Assembly (NCBI GenBank): GCA_963793265.1
Contig: CAWBZI010000004.1
Coordinates: 448,001 to 512,000 of the forward strand
DNA from: an uncultured cyanobacterium
GTDB taxonomy: Bacteria > Cyanobacteriota > Cyanobacteriia > Phormidesmidales > Phormidesmidaceae
Direction of reading: 5' to 3'
DNA: 64,000 nucleotides
The notes under the pieces were generated by a model, which had not been told where the DNA came from, made no database searches, and worked only from the letters and a program-made list of their open reading frames with translations. Both the position numbers and the translations under genes were made by a program. Of the stretch, positions 39,790-50,718 are shown piece after piece (position 1 is the first letter of the stretch; each line of letters opens with the position of its first letter).

Positions 39790-40149
39790 ATGACGTTCCC
39801 CACTCCTTTGCTCGATGCCAGACTAGCCAGAGAGAAAACTCAAAACGAGCAAATTCGCCAGCAGCTTGTTCAACAAACACTCGACTGGCTAACGGAAAAT
39901 GCTCAGCGCTATGGCGTGAAACGCGGCTACATCTTCGGATCGCTCACAATGCCAGATCGGTTTACCCAGCGCTCAGATATTGACTTGGCTGTAGAAACTC
40001 ATAAGACGGGCGATATTTGCGCGCTGATGGGCGGACTTTCTCAAATAGTGCTCCGAGATATTGATATGGTTCCTTTAGATCAGTGTCACTTTGCTGAGAA
40101 AATTCGCCGGACAGGCTTAGTATGGATAGCGAAAGAGTTGCCGGACTGA
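39790..40149 (+). CDS. Minimal nucleotidyltransferase (MNT, antitoxin-type)
   Basis: YIFGS-x10-DID motif, RDIDMV, 119 aa. Confidence 0.85.
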   Translation: MTFPTPLLDARLAREKTQNEQIRQQLVQQTLDWLTENAQRYGVKRGYIFGSLTMPDRFTQRSDIDLAVETHKTGDICALMGGLSQIVLRDIDMVPLDQCHFAEKIRRTGLVWIAKELPD

Positions 40150-40173
40150 CGGCTGAAGTAAGAGAAAATTCGG

Positions 40174-41610
40174 ATGAGTGACAGACAGCCTATTCATGTG
40201 ATTGGCGGCGGACTGGCCGGAACAGAAGCAGCCTGGCAGATTGCCAGAGCGGGCGTGCCTGTTGTGCTGCACGAAATGCGTCCGGTGAAAAAAAGCCCAG
40301 CGCACCATTCTGAGCATTTGGCTGAGCTGGTGTGCAGTAATTCTTTTGGCGCGATGGGGACTGATCGGGCGTCTGGGCTACTGCATGAGGAGCTGCGACG
40401 GCTGGGGTCGGTGGTGATTGGGAAAGCGGACGAGCATTCTGTGCCAGCGGGCGGCGCTTTGGCTGTAGACCGCGGCGTATTTGGCGCAGAGCTGACGGCG
40501 ACGCTGGCGAATCATCCTTTGGTGGAACTGCGGCGAGATGAGGTGTTGAGTATTCCTGAAGAGGGGCCAGAAAAAACGATAGTGGTGCTGACAACTGGGC
40601 CACTGACCAGTGAAGCGCTGAGTGAGGATTTGGAGCGGTTTGCAGGGCAGGCGTATATGAGCTTTTTTGATGCGGCGAGCCCGATTATTGTGGGCGAGTC
40701 GATTGATCAAAGCGTCGCGTTTATGGCCTCTCGCTACGACCGGGGTGAGGCGGCGTATTTGAACTGTCCGATGAATAAGGAACAGTATTTAGCTTTTTAT
40801 ACGGCGCTGATTGCGGCGGAGCAGGCAGAGCTTAAGGATTTTGAGCGCGATACAGCGAAGTTTTTTGAAGCTTGTTTGCCGATTGAGGAGATGGCGCGGC
40901 GGGGTGAAGATACGATGCGCTATGGGCCGCTGAAGCCGGTGGGCTTGTTTGATACGGAAAAGTATGGGGCTTTTGATGCGCCAGAAAATAAGGTGCATAA
41001 GCCCTATGCGGTGATTCAGCTCCGGCAAGAAGATAAGGCCGGGCAGCTTTGGAATATGGTGGGCTTTCAGACGAATTTGCGCTGGGGTGAGCAGAAGCGT
41101 GTGTTTCGGATGATTCCGGGACTGGAGAATGCGGAGTTTGTGCGGATGGGCGTGATGCACCGCAATACGTTTATTAATTCGCCTGAGCTGTTGAGGTCTA
41201 CTTTGCAGTTTAAAGCCCGGCCTACGTTGCTAGCGGCGGGGCAGTTAGTGGGGACTGAAGGGTATACGGCAGCGATCGCAGGCGGCTGGCTAGCGGGCAC
41301 AAACGCAGCTCGGATTGCTTTGGGTAAGGAGCCTTTAAGCTTGCCAGAAACCACGATGCTCGGTGCTTTGACCGGCTTTATCAGCTCAGCCGAACCCAAG
41401 CATTTTCAGCCGATGCCGCCGAACATGGGGATTATTCCACCGTTAGAGAAGCGGGTGAGAAATAAAAGAGATCGGTATGGGGTGTATCGCGATCGCTCAT
41501 TTGCCGATCTAAAAACGTGGGCCACCGAGAACAATTTAACGCTCATAAGAACGGCTGCAACAGATGACCGCATTGAAGAAAAAGAGAAAGCGGTTGCTTT
41601 GGCAAAGTGA
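40174..41610 (+). CDS. trmFO: Folate/FAD-dependent tRNA m5U54 methyltransferase TrmFO
   Basis: [45 protein letters not shown]. Confidence 0.96.
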   Translation: MSDRQPIHVIGGGLAGTEAAWQIARAGVPVVLHEMRPVKKSPAHHSEHLAELVCSNSFGAMGTDRASGLLHEELRRLGSVVIGKADEHSVPAGGALAVDRGVFGAELTATLANHPLVELRRDEVLSIPEEGPEKTIVVLTTGPLTSEALSEDLERFAGQAYMSFFDAASPIIVGESIDQSVAFMASRYDRGEAAYLNCPMNKEQYLAFYTALIAAEQAELKDFERDTAKFFEACLPIEEMARRGEDTMRYGPLKPVGLFDTEKYGAFDAPENKVHKPYAVIQLRQEDKAGQLWNMVGFQTNLRWGEQKRVFRMIPGLENAEFVRMGVMHRNTFINSPELLRSTLQFKARPTLLAAGQLVGTEGYTAAIAGGWLAGTNAARIALGKEPLSLPETTMLGALTGFISSAEPKHFQPMPPNMGIIPPLEKRVRNKRDRYGVYRDRSFADLKTWATENNLTLIRTAATDDRIEEKEKAVALAK

Positions 41611-41637
41611 TCTGTCAAAGTAACTACGAGCAAAGCA

Positions 41638-42528
41638 ATGAAAGGCTCTAGCTTCTTGCTGGTGTTTTTAGACGGTGTTGGGCTAGGCAAAGCAGGAATT
41701 AACAATCCGCTATCTATGCCCGGCTCAACGCCATCTTTGACAAAACTATTGGGCAAACCCTTGCTGATAGGCAATTCTATCTGTCAGCCTGAACGGTTGT
41801 TCAAACCGATCGATGCAACCTTGGGCGTAGCCGGATTGCCGCAGAGTGCGACGGGTCAAACCACGATTTATACAGGACAAAATGCGCCTCAGTTTTTGGG
41901 TCGGCATCAGTCGGGGTTTGCAAATGGCTCTTTGCGGCAGTTGATTGATGAGTATGGGTTATTTTCACAGGCGTTAACGCTAGGACGGACGGCGACGCTA
42001 GCGAATGCGTATTCGCCGGATTATTTCTATGCGATCGCCCATCGAAAACGCCGCTACTCAGTCTGCACCCTCCTGAACATGACCGCCCAACTACCGTTTC
42101 GGATGCAGTATGAGTATGAACAGGGCGAGGCGGTTTTTTGGAATATTGTGGGCGATCGCCACCATCCCCTTTCACCCATTGAAGCCGGTCGTCGGTTGGC
42201 GAATTTAAGCGCTCAACACGGGGTTACTTTGTTTGAAAGCTACCTGTGCGACTATGCGGGACACGCGCAAGATGAGACACAAGCTGTTGAGTATTTGCAG
42301 CGGATTGATAGGTTTTTGGAGAGTGCGATCGCCCATCTCCCCCCAAACGCCACGCTTATCATCACCAGCGATCACGGCAACGTAGAAGACCTTTCAACCA
42401 AACGCCACACATTCAATGCAGTTCCCCTAATCGCGGTCGGCCCTGAAGCAGCTAATTTTTCTCAGGTAGAAGATTTGACCGGCATTACACCCCAAATTTT
42501 GAGAGCGCTTTCGACTGGCCAAGCCTAG
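41638..42528 (+). CDS. Metalloenzyme (alkaline phosphatase superfamily; phosphomutase-like)
   Basis: FLDGVG, PQSATGQT, DYAGH, TSDHGN metal-binding motifs. Confidence 0.8.
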   Translation: MKGSSFLLVFLDGVGLGKAGINNPLSMPGSTPSLTKLLGKPLLIGNSICQPERLFKPIDATLGVAGLPQSATGQTTIYTGQNAPQFLGRHQSGFANGSLRQLIDEYGLFSQALTLGRTATLANAYSPDYFYAIAHRKRRYSVCTLLNMTAQLPFRMQYEYEQGEAVFWNIVGDRHHPLSPIEAGRRLANLSAQHGVTLFESYLCDYAGHAQDETQAVEYLQRIDRFLESAIAHLPPNATLIITSDHGNVEDLSTKRHTFNAVPLIAVGPEAANFSQVEDLTGITPQILRALSTGQA

Positions 42529-42605
42529 CTAATTCCACTCCTTAGATAGTCATAATAGGCAGCAAAAATCGTTTAGTATGAGCGCTTATTTTTTATCAGA
42601 TAGCT

Positions 42606-43409
42606 ATGACTCAACACGTTTTAATTACAGGTGCTTCGCAAGGATCGGGTCGAGCAACAGCGCTCAAGTTCGCTAACGAAGGCTGGGACGTTACATTAAC
42701 TGCTCGGGGCGTAGACAGACTTAACGCCGTAGCTGAGCAGGTTCAGGCAGCCGGTCAAAAAGCGCTGGCTGTTCCGACTGATGTAGGCGATGCAGAACAG
42801 ATTGAGGCTTTAATTGAAAAATCTATCAGTACGTTTGGAAAGATAGACGCGCTGATTAATAACGCTGGCATTTGTTTGACAGGCCCCGTTGCCAACACAA
42901 CCTTAGAAGACTGGCGAAATATTTTAGATACCAATCTGTGGGGCTGTATTCATACAATTCATGCCGCGCTGCCTGCGATGATTGAGCGAAAGCAAGGATC
43001 GATTGTGAACGTAGGTTCATTTGGTGGAAAGATGCCTTTGCCGCAAATGACCGCCTACTGTACTAGCAAATATGCGCTGACCGGACTCACTGAATCCCTG
43101 CGGCTTGAGCTAGCTAAAGACAATATTCACGTAGGAATTGTGCATCCTGGCGTGATTAATAGCGACTTTATGGAACGGGCGATGTTTCGCGGTGAGGATG
43201 ATGGCGAAGCGGATGGAAATAGGCAGCAGATGGCAAGTGTGCTGGGGTCTAACTGGGTGAGTCAGCCAGAAGATATTGCTGAGGCTGTTTGGAAGATGGT
43301 GACGAAGAAGCAGGCTGAGACGGTCGTAGGGCCTGTATCGGTGGCAACTGAGCTGAATCGGTTGTTTCCTCAGCTAACGCAGTGGGCACTGGCGAAAGGC
43401 GTTAGCTAA
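42606..43409 (+). CDS. Short-chain dehydrogenase/reductase
   Basis: TGASQGSG, INNAG, YCTSK. Confidence 0.92.
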   Translation: MTQHVLITGASQGSGRATALKFANEGWDVTLTARGVDRLNAVAEQVQAAGQKALAVPTDVGDAEQIEALIEKSISTFGKIDALINNAGICLTGPVANTTLEDWRNILDTNLWGCIHTIHAALPAMIERKQGSIVNVGSFGGKMPLPQMTAYCTSKYALTGLTESLRLELAKDNIHVGIVHPGVINSDFMERAMFRGEDDGEADGNRQQMASVLGSNWVSQPEDIAEAVWKMVTKKQAETVVGPVSVATELNRLFPQLTQWALAKGVS

Positions 43410-43447
43410 AGGAAGCAAACTTGGGATTAGCGCTTTTGAGCACTGGC

Positions 43448-43819
43448 CTAAGCGGCTTGTACCGATGAGGTGCGCTCAAAACCTTGCTGGCGAGCAAGCT
43501 GATAGAGGGCGCTGGCAGCCTCGCGAGAGATCGGCCATACCATACCTGCGAGGTTGTTGGTTGCCACACTGTAACCTTGGTCAGCCGCACGGTAGTACCA
43601 CCGAATCGCGATCACTTCATCAATAGGAATGTCGCCAAGGCCAAGCTGATAGATGTTGCCGAGCAAGCACTGAGCTTCAGCATCGCCGTCTTGAGCTGAC
43701 TGTGTGAGTAAGGGCAGCGCTTCGGCGTAGTTTTGATTGCGAAATTCTTGAATACCTGGGTTAGACATTTTCCAAACTCTGCGAGGATTTTTTGGTCGGA
43801 CTGCTACGGTGGGAGCCAT
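43448..43819 (-). CDS. Small Sel1-repeat protein (start may be the downstream Met of MSNPG)
   Basis: AQDGDAEAQCLLGNIYQLG, AIRWYYRAADQG. Confidence 0.8.
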   Translation of the reverse strand: MAPTVAVRPKNPRRVWKMSNPGIQEFRNQNYAEALPLLTQSAQDGDAEAQCLLGNIYQLGLGDIPIDEVIAIRWYYRAADQGYSVATNNLAGMVWPISREAASALYQLARQQGFERTSSVQAA

Positions 43820-43904
43820 ATTTTGAAGCCTTAAAGTCGAGGCCGTACGTTGTTGAGCAAAAAGCAGTTGGATAAAAGGTGGGTTAAACGTACTATCTAA
43901 TTAT

Positions 43905-43918
43905 AGTACATGTGTACT
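43905..43918. promoter_or_regulatory. Putative cyanobacterial LexA (SOS) box
   Basis: AGTACATGTGTACT fits RGTAC-NNN-DGTWCB exactly. Confidence 0.65.
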
Positions 43919-43983
43919 TGTATAGAGTTACGCTTGAGCTTTAATTTTTTGAAGGTGCGATCGCCTCCAGGTCATCCGTTTAA

Positions 43984-43997
43984 AGTAGATGTGTACT
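43984..43997. promoter_or_regulatory. Second putative LexA box (one mismatch)
   Basis: AGTAGATGTGTACT, 13/14 identical to the box at 43905. Confidence 0.5.
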
Positions 43998-44120
43998 AAG
44001 TATCAACTGTCCTTTTGACTGCATAGATTGGAGCGGATGCTATTCAGGAATGTTTTGAAAGATTGCCCGTCTGATGGATGCTTGTATCAGGATTTATTGA
44101 TGAAAGAAGCAGGTGTTTAA

Positions 44121-45926
44121 GTGAGCAGTTCTTTGGCTGAGCAGTATTTGGCGCTGATTGACGACATTGTGACGCAGACGCTTAAAGGTAGCATCCGCTC
44201 AAAGGAGCAGGTGCGGTCGCAACTAGAAGAAGCTGTGCAGACGGGTACGGGTGAAATCTTTGAGCGGGTGGTGGCTAGCCGTATTGCTGAAACTGAAGCT
44301 CAGCTTGAAAGCTCGCTGAAGGCAGGCCGAATTTTGCGGGCGCTGAAGACGATTGAGAGTGAATGGCAAAAAGGGCAGACTGACCGGCAGGCGGCGAGTG
44401 GAATTGCGATCGCGGCAAGTCGCCTCACTGAAGCAGAACCGTCAGAGCGGCCAATCATATTCCTGGGCCTGATCGACCCGAATCAGCCGAATAGTCTCAA
44501 CCGCGTACAGCTAAAACAGCTTGCTAAGTCGCTAGAGACGGACGACATGCGGGCTTGGCAGCAAGGTATTTTAGCAGGGCTTGAGAGCTACCAGCGGCTA
44601 GAGCCTGACCTGGTGAGCTGGCTGTATCAGTCTGCCGGAGGCAATATTGGCTTTGGTTCTAAGAAGGATTTGGGGCCGTGGCCCGTATGGCAAAAGCTGT
44701 CGGAAGGTTTGCCCAAGCTGCTGTTTACGACGATAGCCGAGGGTGAGCCGATTGATGCGATTACGCGGACAGCAGTAGATACGGCGAGCTGGGTGAATTT
44801 GGCGGTGACGATGCACTTTTTGCAGCGCAGCTTGGTCACTTGGTTCGATCAGCAGCCCTACAGCGCTAAGGCCGGTAAGCAGCTTTCGTATAGTACGTTT
44901 TTGATTTTCGCAGCGATTTGGGGACAGCTTGCTCAGGGCTTTAGCAGTGGTGGCGCGGGGAGCTATCAGGCATTGGGCGATGGCAGCTTTCAGCTCATGC
45001 TACAGCTTTTAAGAACGTTCTCTCAGCGAGACGACTTTCCGCTTTATGGCGGCGTGTTTGCCTCTTTCTCAGGAGATTATTTAGAAGATACGCTTGACTA
45101 CTTCAGCGAGCCGTTGAGCCAGATAGAAGGTACGCAAGAAAAGGCAAGAATTCTTACGCTACTGGGCTATTCTCGGCAGACGCTAGGCCGGGCGACTGAG
45201 GCGAAGGCTTTTTATGAGCAGGCATTAGAGATTGCTCAAGCGGCAGGGGATTTGGCTTGTGAGACGGCGGACTTGTGTCACTTGGCGCGAAATGCGGCGC
45301 TGGAGAAAGATTACGGGCAGGCGGTTGCGACCAGTCAACGGGCGCTGATTTTGGCTCGGCAGAGGGGCGATCGCGTCGGTCAGGCAAACGCACTGGTCAA
45401 CCTGGGCTACGCGCAGGTGTTGCAGGGTAGGGCAAACGATGTGGGCGATGCGGCGCTTTATGACGGGGCGATCGCCTATCTCAATCAAGGCTTAGAGCTG
45501 GCTGTAAAACAAGGTGACTTTCAGAGTCAGGCGCTGGCTTATAACAGCTTGGGGATTGGGTATGTGATGTGCGATCGCCCCCAAGACGGCCTCAATATTC
45601 TCACCAAAGGCGCAGACGCGGTAAAAGGATCTGGCAATATCTATCTGCAAGGGCTCTACACGCTCTACACCGCCGAAGCTCATCACGCGCTCAAGCATTC
45701 AAAAGAAGCTGTTTTCTATAGCGCCCTAGCAATGTATCTACTAGAAAGCATTGGGGCTGAAGATTGGCGACAGGCTGCGGGTTTAGCCTCCATATTGCAA
45801 GGGCAGCTTGGGGTAGAAGAGTTTCAGCGAACCTTAGATCAGTATCAGCGACAGCTTGCACCGATTATGAGTATGGAGGGTTTTGAGGCTTTGCCTTCGC
45901 TATTGGAGCGGTATCGAATGCAATAG
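44121..45926 (+). CDS. Tetratricopeptide repeat protein
   Basis: C-terminal TPR-like repeats (KARILTLLG..ALEIAQ; QANALVNLG; QALAYNSLG). Confidence 0.8.
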   Translation: MSSSLAEQYLALIDDIVTQTLKGSIRSKEQVRSQLEEAVQTGTGEIFERVVASRIAETEAQLESSLKAGRILRALKTIESEWQKGQTDRQAASGIAIAASRLTEAEPSERPIIFLGLIDPNQPNSLNRVQLKQLAKSLETDDMRAWQQGILAGLESYQRLEPDLVSWLYQSAGGNIGFGSKKDLGPWPVWQKLSEGLPKLLFTTIAEGEPIDAITRTAVDTASWVNLAVTMHFLQRSLVTWFDQQPYSAKAGKQLSYSTFLIFAAIWGQLAQGFSSGGAGSYQALGDGSFQLMLQLLRTFSQRDDFPLYGGVFASFSGDYLEDTLDYFSEPLSQIEGTQEKARILTLLGYSRQTLGRATEAKAFYEQALEIAQAAGDLACETADLCHLARNAALEKDYGQAVATSQRALILARQRGDRVGQANALVNLGYAQVLQGRANDVGDAALYDGAIAYLNQGLELAVKQGDFQSQALAYNSLGIGYVMCDRPQDGLNILTKGADAVKGSGNIYLQGLYTLYTAEAHHALKHSKEAVFYSALAMYLLESIGAEDWRQAAGLASILQGQLGVEEFQRTLDQYQRQLAPIMSMEGFEALPSLLERYRMQ

Positions 45927-45945
45927 GCTTTAATCCCAAACACAA

Positions 45946-45976
45946 AAAAGCACCCTACTTCAGACAGGGTGCTTTT
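45946..45976. terminator. Bidirectional rho-independent terminator
   Basis: aaaagcaccct / agggtgctttt hairpin with A and T tails between the TPR gene and gnd. Confidence 0.8.
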
Positions 45977-46001
45977 CTACTTTACAGATTTAAATGAACT
46001 A

Positions 46002-47411
46002 TTATTCCATCCATTCAGTATGGAAGAAGCCGTCCTTATCCGTACGCTCGTAAGTGTGCGCGCCAAAGTAGTCACGCTGAGCCTGCGTCAGGTTCTGAGG
46101 CAGGTTCGCTCTCCGGTAGCTGTCAAAGTAGTCCAGACTAGCGCTGAATGCGGGTACCGGAATACCAATCTTAGCCGCCGTCGCAATCACTTCACGCCAT
46201 GCATCCTGACGATCAAGAATAGTCTGCTTAAACTCAGGCGCTAGCAGCAGGTTAGCGAGCTTCCCATCCTGGTCGTAGGCCGCTTTGATCTTGTTCAAGA
46301 AAGCTGCGCGAATGATACAGCCGCCTTTCCAAATGCGAGCCGTTTCGCCAAGATCAAGGTCATAACCGTTAAGAATAGACGCTTTAGCAAGTAAGTCCAT
46401 GCCCTGCGCGTAAGAGCAAATTTTGGAGCAGTAGAGAGCGTCGCGAATTTTGCCAATGAAATCTTTTTTATCACCTTCAAACTTCGCAGCTGGCCCAGTG
46501 AGTTGCTCAGAGGCAATCATCCGCTCCTCTTTAATCGCCGACATAATCCGGGCGTTTACCGCAGCGGTGATCGTTGGAATGCTCACACCGACTTCTAAGG
46601 CGCTCATTACCGTCCAGCGACCTGTGCCCTTTTGGCCCGCCTTGTCCATAATCAGCTCAACGAGAGGCTTGCCTGTCTCATCGTCGGTTTTGGTGAAAAT
46701 GTCGGCGGTAATTTCAATTAAAAAAGAATCTAGCTCTTCGGTTTTATTCCACTCAGCAAAGGTTTCGTGGAGTTCTTCTTGAGTGAGTCCTAGCGTATTT
46801 TTTAGCAGGTCGTAGGCTTCTGCAATAAGCTGCATATCGCCGTACTCAATGCCGTTGTGCACCATTTTGACGAAGTGACCGGAGCCGCCTTTGCCGATGT
46901 AGGTAACGCAGGGGCCGTCGTCTACCTGGGCTGCAATCTTTGTAACAATAGGCTCAATTGCATCGTAGGCTGCTTTAGAACCGCCGGGCATGAGGCTGGG
47001 GCCGTTGAGCGCGCCTTCTTCACCGCCGCTAACGCCCATGCCAATGAAGTTGAAGCCAGCGGCTTCAAGGTCTTTTACGCGGCGCTCGGTATCGTCGTAT
47101 AGCGAGTTACCGCCGTCAATGATCATATCGTCAGGATCGAGCAGCGGCTTGAGCTGATTGATGACAGCATCTACAGGGCCACCTGCTTTAACCATTACCA
47201 AAATGCGCCGGGGCCGTTCGAGTGCCTGTACAAACTCTTCGAGAGAGTAGGTAGCGACTGCGTTCTTACCCTGGGCACGATTTTTCATGAAGGCGTCGGT
47301 TTTTTCTCTAGAGCGGTTGTATACCGCGATGGGAAAACCATTACGCTCGATGTTTAGCGCAATGTTCTCGCCCATTACCGCCAATCCAATCACACCAAAA
47401 CTCTGTGCCAT
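46002..47411 (-). CDS. gnd: 6-phosphogluconate dehydrogenase, decarboxylating
   Basis: [42 protein letters not shown]. Confidence 0.97.
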   Translation of the reverse strand: MAQSFGVIGLAVMGENIALNIERNGFPIAVYNRSREKTDAFMKNRAQGKNAVATYSLEEFVQALERPRRILVMVKAGGPVDAVINQLKPLLDPDDMIIDGGNSLYDDTERRVKDLEAAGFNFIGMGVSGGEEGALNGPSLMPGGSKAAYDAIEPIVTKIAAQVDDGPCVTYIGKGGSGHFVKMVHNGIEYGDMQLIAEAYDLLKNTLGLTQEELHETFAEWNKTEELDSFLIEITADIFTKTDDETGKPLVELIMDKAGQKGTGRWTVMSALEVGVSIPTITAAVNARIMSAIKEERMIASEQLTGPAAKFEGDKKDFIGKIRDALYCSKICSYAQGMDLLAKASILNGYDLDLGETARIWKGGCIIRAAFLNKIKAAYDQDGKLANLLLAPEFKQTILDRQDAWREVIATAAKIGIPVPAFSASLDYFDSYRRANLPQNLTQAQRDYFGAHTYERTDKDGFFHTEWME

Positions 47412-47589
47412 AAACTCTCCGTTACTAAGTCTTTGTCGTATCGCCAGCGCGAATTAAAGCTCGAATCAACGACGCTTGCTATGACTTTAAACAAACTTGT
47501 CTGATTTGGACATTAAGGAGAGGAGAAGTTTTGGTGAGAAAGGATGATCCCCTTCTGATATCTATCTATGGACAGATATCGCTATGAAG

Positions 47590-49422
47590 CTATGGCCTGC
47601 TCTGTGGATAGCTGGCTTGATTTGGGAAAATCTGCTGAAATTCGGCCTGACGTTCGCTGGCATTGCCTTCTTCGCTCAGGTTCCACAGGGTTTCGTAAAA
47701 GAAGAATGAGACGCCAGAGAAGTTGCGATCGCGCACAGCCTCCACCTGCTCAGCAATCTGACTCATCGGCACCGATCGTCCTTTCAGCCCGCTCAAAACG
47801 CCCACGCTAGTTGGAATATGACCCCGCGCAAAATCCATCGCATCCTGCCCCATCTCCCAAACGAACCGGCCCAAATCATTGCGGTATAGCTGCACAATCA
47901 GCTCCTCGACGTAGCCTCTTTTTAGCCAGGTATCCCAATCTTGCAGGTAGTACTCATAGGCAAAGACGTGAGGGTTTGGTGACACTGAGAAAATCGCGTC
48001 GGGCCGGTGTCGCTTCACGGTGCTGAAGAGTTCGCCCATAAAGTCAGTGATTTTATCTGCCCGCCAGCGCGTCCACTCAGCGTCTTTGGCATCGGCAGGC
48101 GGTAGCTTGCCCTCGTGCTCCTGCTTATACAAGTTCACAGTGTAGGGATCGTAGCCGTAGGCAAAAGGTAGGCCCATGTGGTCGTCTACCTGGAAGCCGT
48201 CAATGTCGTAGTTGGCGACTAGCTCAGCAGTTAGCTCTTTGATGAAAGTTTGCACTTCGGGGTGGAAAGGATTGAGCCATACGCGGTCGTGATCACCTTC
48301 GGCGGTAATTAGAGAGCCGTCGGCTTTTTGTGTGAGCCAGTCAGGGTGACGCTCGGCTAGGGCAGAGTCGGCGGGGGCCATGAAGCCGAATTCAAACCAG
48401 GGGATCACTTTGAGGTCGCGGCTATGGGCGATTTCGATGAGTTCGAGCAGCATGTCGCGATCGCCCTGCGCCGCTTCTAAACGCTCTTGCCTGCCGGTGA
48501 ATTCTAAATCAGGATAAAGCCCCTGCTCAAAACCAGTCGCTTGCTTGGCAACCTCACTGGGAAACAACGTGTAGCCCCAGTTCCATACGGTTGGATACAC
48601 CGTATTAAAGTTCAGGTCGGCTAGCTTGTTTAACGCGGGCTCTAGCTTTTCACGGGAGAACAGAACGTCGCTGTCGATGTTGGTCATCCACACGCCGCGT
48701 AGTTCTCTTCTGGGCGCTATGGCGATCGCAGGCAGCTCAAAGGCCACTACCTGATCGTCTGGAATTGTCGCTGCCGTTCGTGAATCTAGGCTCGCCCTGC
48801 AGATAAAAGCGGCTCCATCGGCTAATGTCGTTGTGCGGCGAGGGCGAAGCTGATGTCGCCCGCCAGGCAGCTCGCCTTCTTTGTCAACGATGTAGCCAGC
48901 GCCGAGTGCAGCCGCTACGCCCTCACGCGCATTGCGAGGAATGAGGAGCGAATCGCGAAAGGTAGAAGCGAGTGCTCTGGTAGCATCGGCCTGGTAAGGC
49001 GTCGCTGAGCCTGTGGTGAGAATAGCGAGTGCTTGAGCGCGACCAACTGACTGCTGTAGTCTGGCATCTTCACCAAGCGCGGCCATCAATAAGGCTTCGG
49101 GCTCTGACTGGGCTTCGTCAAAGCTAAGACCCAGGTATTCGTTGTTGGCAGCAAAGGCACCAGGAAAGGCTTTGAGTACAGCCGTGGCATATTCCGCCTG
49201 AGAAAGCGCACTGTTGGGATAGCGGCTGTTGATGTTGCGCTGCTCAAACACGTCTTGAGCGACTAATGCCTGTATGCAGGGCTCGACGGGATGACCTGCA
49301 AAACCCGTAGTAACCGCTCGCGCGGCAGTAAAGCTCCCAAACAGCGCTGAACAAAAAATACCGATTAAAAATGCGACGCCTAGCTGTCTTGTGCGCTGTC
49401 TGTGAACCTGCCTGTGAACCAT
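47590..49422 (-). CDS. GHL10/DUF187 glycoside hydrolase-like protein with degenerate SLH-like N-terminus
   Basis: Signal peptide; ELRGVW, LKVIPWFE, WLNPFHPEVQ, YDIDGFQVDD, QDW..W. Confidence 0.85.
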   Translation of the reverse strand: MVHRQVHRQRTRQLGVAFLIGIFCSALFGSFTAARAVTTGFAGHPVEPCIQALVAQDVFEQRNINSRYPNSALSQAEYATAVLKAFPGAFAANNEYLGLSFDEAQSEPEALLMAALGEDARLQQSVGRAQALAILTTGSATPYQADATRALASTFRDSLLIPRNAREGVAAALGAGYIVDKEGELPGGRHQLRPRRTTTLADGAAFICRASLDSRTAATIPDDQVVAFELPAIAIAPRRELRGVWMTNIDSDVLFSREKLEPALNKLADLNFNTVYPTVWNWGYTLFPSEVAKQATGFEQGLYPDLEFTGRQERLEAAQGDRDMLLELIEIAHSRDLKVIPWFEFGFMAPADSALAERHPDWLTQKADGSLITAEGDHDRVWLNPFHPEVQTFIKELTAELVANYDIDGFQVDDHMGLPFAYGYDPYTVNLYKQEHEGKLPPADAKDAEWTRWRADKITDFMGELFSTVKRHRPDAIFSVSPNPHVFAYEYYLQDWDTWLKRGYVEELIVQLYRNDLGRFVWEMGQDAMDFARGHIPTSVGVLSGLKGRSVPMSQIAEQVEAVRDRNFSGVSFFFYETLWNLSEEGNASERQAEFQQIFPNQASYPQSRP

Positions 49423-49428
49423 TGCCCT

Positions 49429-49779
49429 TTAACCTCCGCTAATTTTGGCCTTATAGCCTTTATCTATCAGTAAAGAAACCAGCTTAGTAGCGTGCTCCCC
49501 CTGAATCTCTATCGTGTTGTCTCTGACCGTACCACCCGAGCCACACTGGGATTTGAGCTTTTTGGCCAGTGCCTCGATTGTCTCGGCATTGTGCGCAAAG
49601 CCGCTGATAATCGTGACGCTCTTACCCTTGCGTCCTTTGCGAGAAACCTGCACTCGAAGGTCTTGCTGGGCCGGTGGCAGGTTGGGGACGGCGCGTTCGG
49701 TTGCAGCCGTTGCCGATGGGCCGAATTCAGAATAGACCACTCGATCAGTCGCTTTAGAATTAGGTTTTTGCTTAGCCAT
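49429..49779 (-). CDS. yciH: SUI1/YciH translation initiation factor
   Basis: RKGRKGKSVT, LKSQCGSGGTV, IEIQGEH. Confidence 0.9.
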   Translation of the reverse strand: MAKQKPNSKATDRVVYSEFGPSATAATERAVPNLPPAQQDLRVQVSRKGRKGKSVTIISGFAHNAETIEALAKKLKSQCGSGGTVRDNTIEIQGEHATKLVSLLIDKGYKAKISGG

Positions 49780-49905
49780 AGTCTGTTCCTTTGCAGGTTC
49801 CGTAGGGTCAATCTACTCGTATTGTCGCTCTAAAGAGGGAACGGTTACGGTCGGTCGGTCAGGTAACTTTACTTACAATATCGATCCCCTTCGGAGGCAG
49901 TTGCT

Positions 49906-50652
49906 TTGGTTCCCATTCGTGATGACAATCCCATCACCACTACGCCCTATGTAACCTACGGGTTTATTGCCCTCAACGTACTGGTGTTTCTTTACGAGGC
50001 GACATTAAGCGGGCCAAACCTAGAGTCGCTGTTTAGAACGTTTGCGGTGGTGCCTAGTGAACTGAGCCACAGCTTTAGTACTGGCACGGGGTTCCCGCAT
50101 ATTACAGAGTGGGGCACCTTGCTCAGCGCTGAGTTTTTGCACGCGGGCTTTTTTCATGTGGGCGGTAATATGCTCTACTTATGGATCTTCGGCAATAACG
50201 TTGAAGATCAGCTCGGACATGTAAGATTTTTCTGCTTTTATTTGCTGTGCGGTGTGCTGGCGTCTTTGTGTCAGTGGTATGTGGCCCCAGAATCGACGGT
50301 GCCTTCGCTGGGGGCCAGTGGTGCGATCGCTGGCGTGATGGGCGCATACATCTTCCGCTTTCCTGAAGTCCGCGTCCTCACCTTCATCCCTATTTTCTTT
50401 ACCGCATTTCGCGTTCCGGCCCTGCTATTTTTGGGCTTTTGGTTTGTAGAGCAGGCTTTTTATGGCGTTACCAGCTTGGGCGCGTCGGCTGATGTCGGCA
50501 TGAATGGCGGCGTCGCTTACTGGGCACATGCGGGTGGGTTTGTGTTTGGCGCAGCGCTGGGCTACTTGCTGGGCCTATTTAACAATCCCGACGATAAGTA
50601 CTTGCCAGCCGGTACCGCAGAAGAACCCTTGGGTAAAACACTCGGAGACTAA
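49906..50652 (+). CDS. Rhomboid family intramembrane serine protease
   Basis: FLHAGFFHVGGNM, GASGAIAG, AYWAHAGG; TTG start with GGAGG upstream. Confidence 0.92.
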   Translation: MVPIRDDNPITTTPYVTYGFIALNVLVFLYEATLSGPNLESLFRTFAVVPSELSHSFSTGTGFPHITEWGTLLSAEFLHAGFFHVGGNMLYLWIFGNNVEDQLGHVRFFCFYLLCGVLASLCQWYVAPESTVPSLGASGAIAGVMGAYIFRFPEVRVLTFIPIFFTAFRVPALLFLGFWFVEQAFYGVTSLGASADVGMNGGVAYWAHAGGFVFGAALGYLLGLFNNPDDKYLPAGTAEEPLGKTLGD

Positions 50653-50718
50653 TCAATTATTCTTTGTTTGGGAACAATCCATTAACATAGGCAACAGCGT
50701 TTTTGGCAAGTTCCCACG

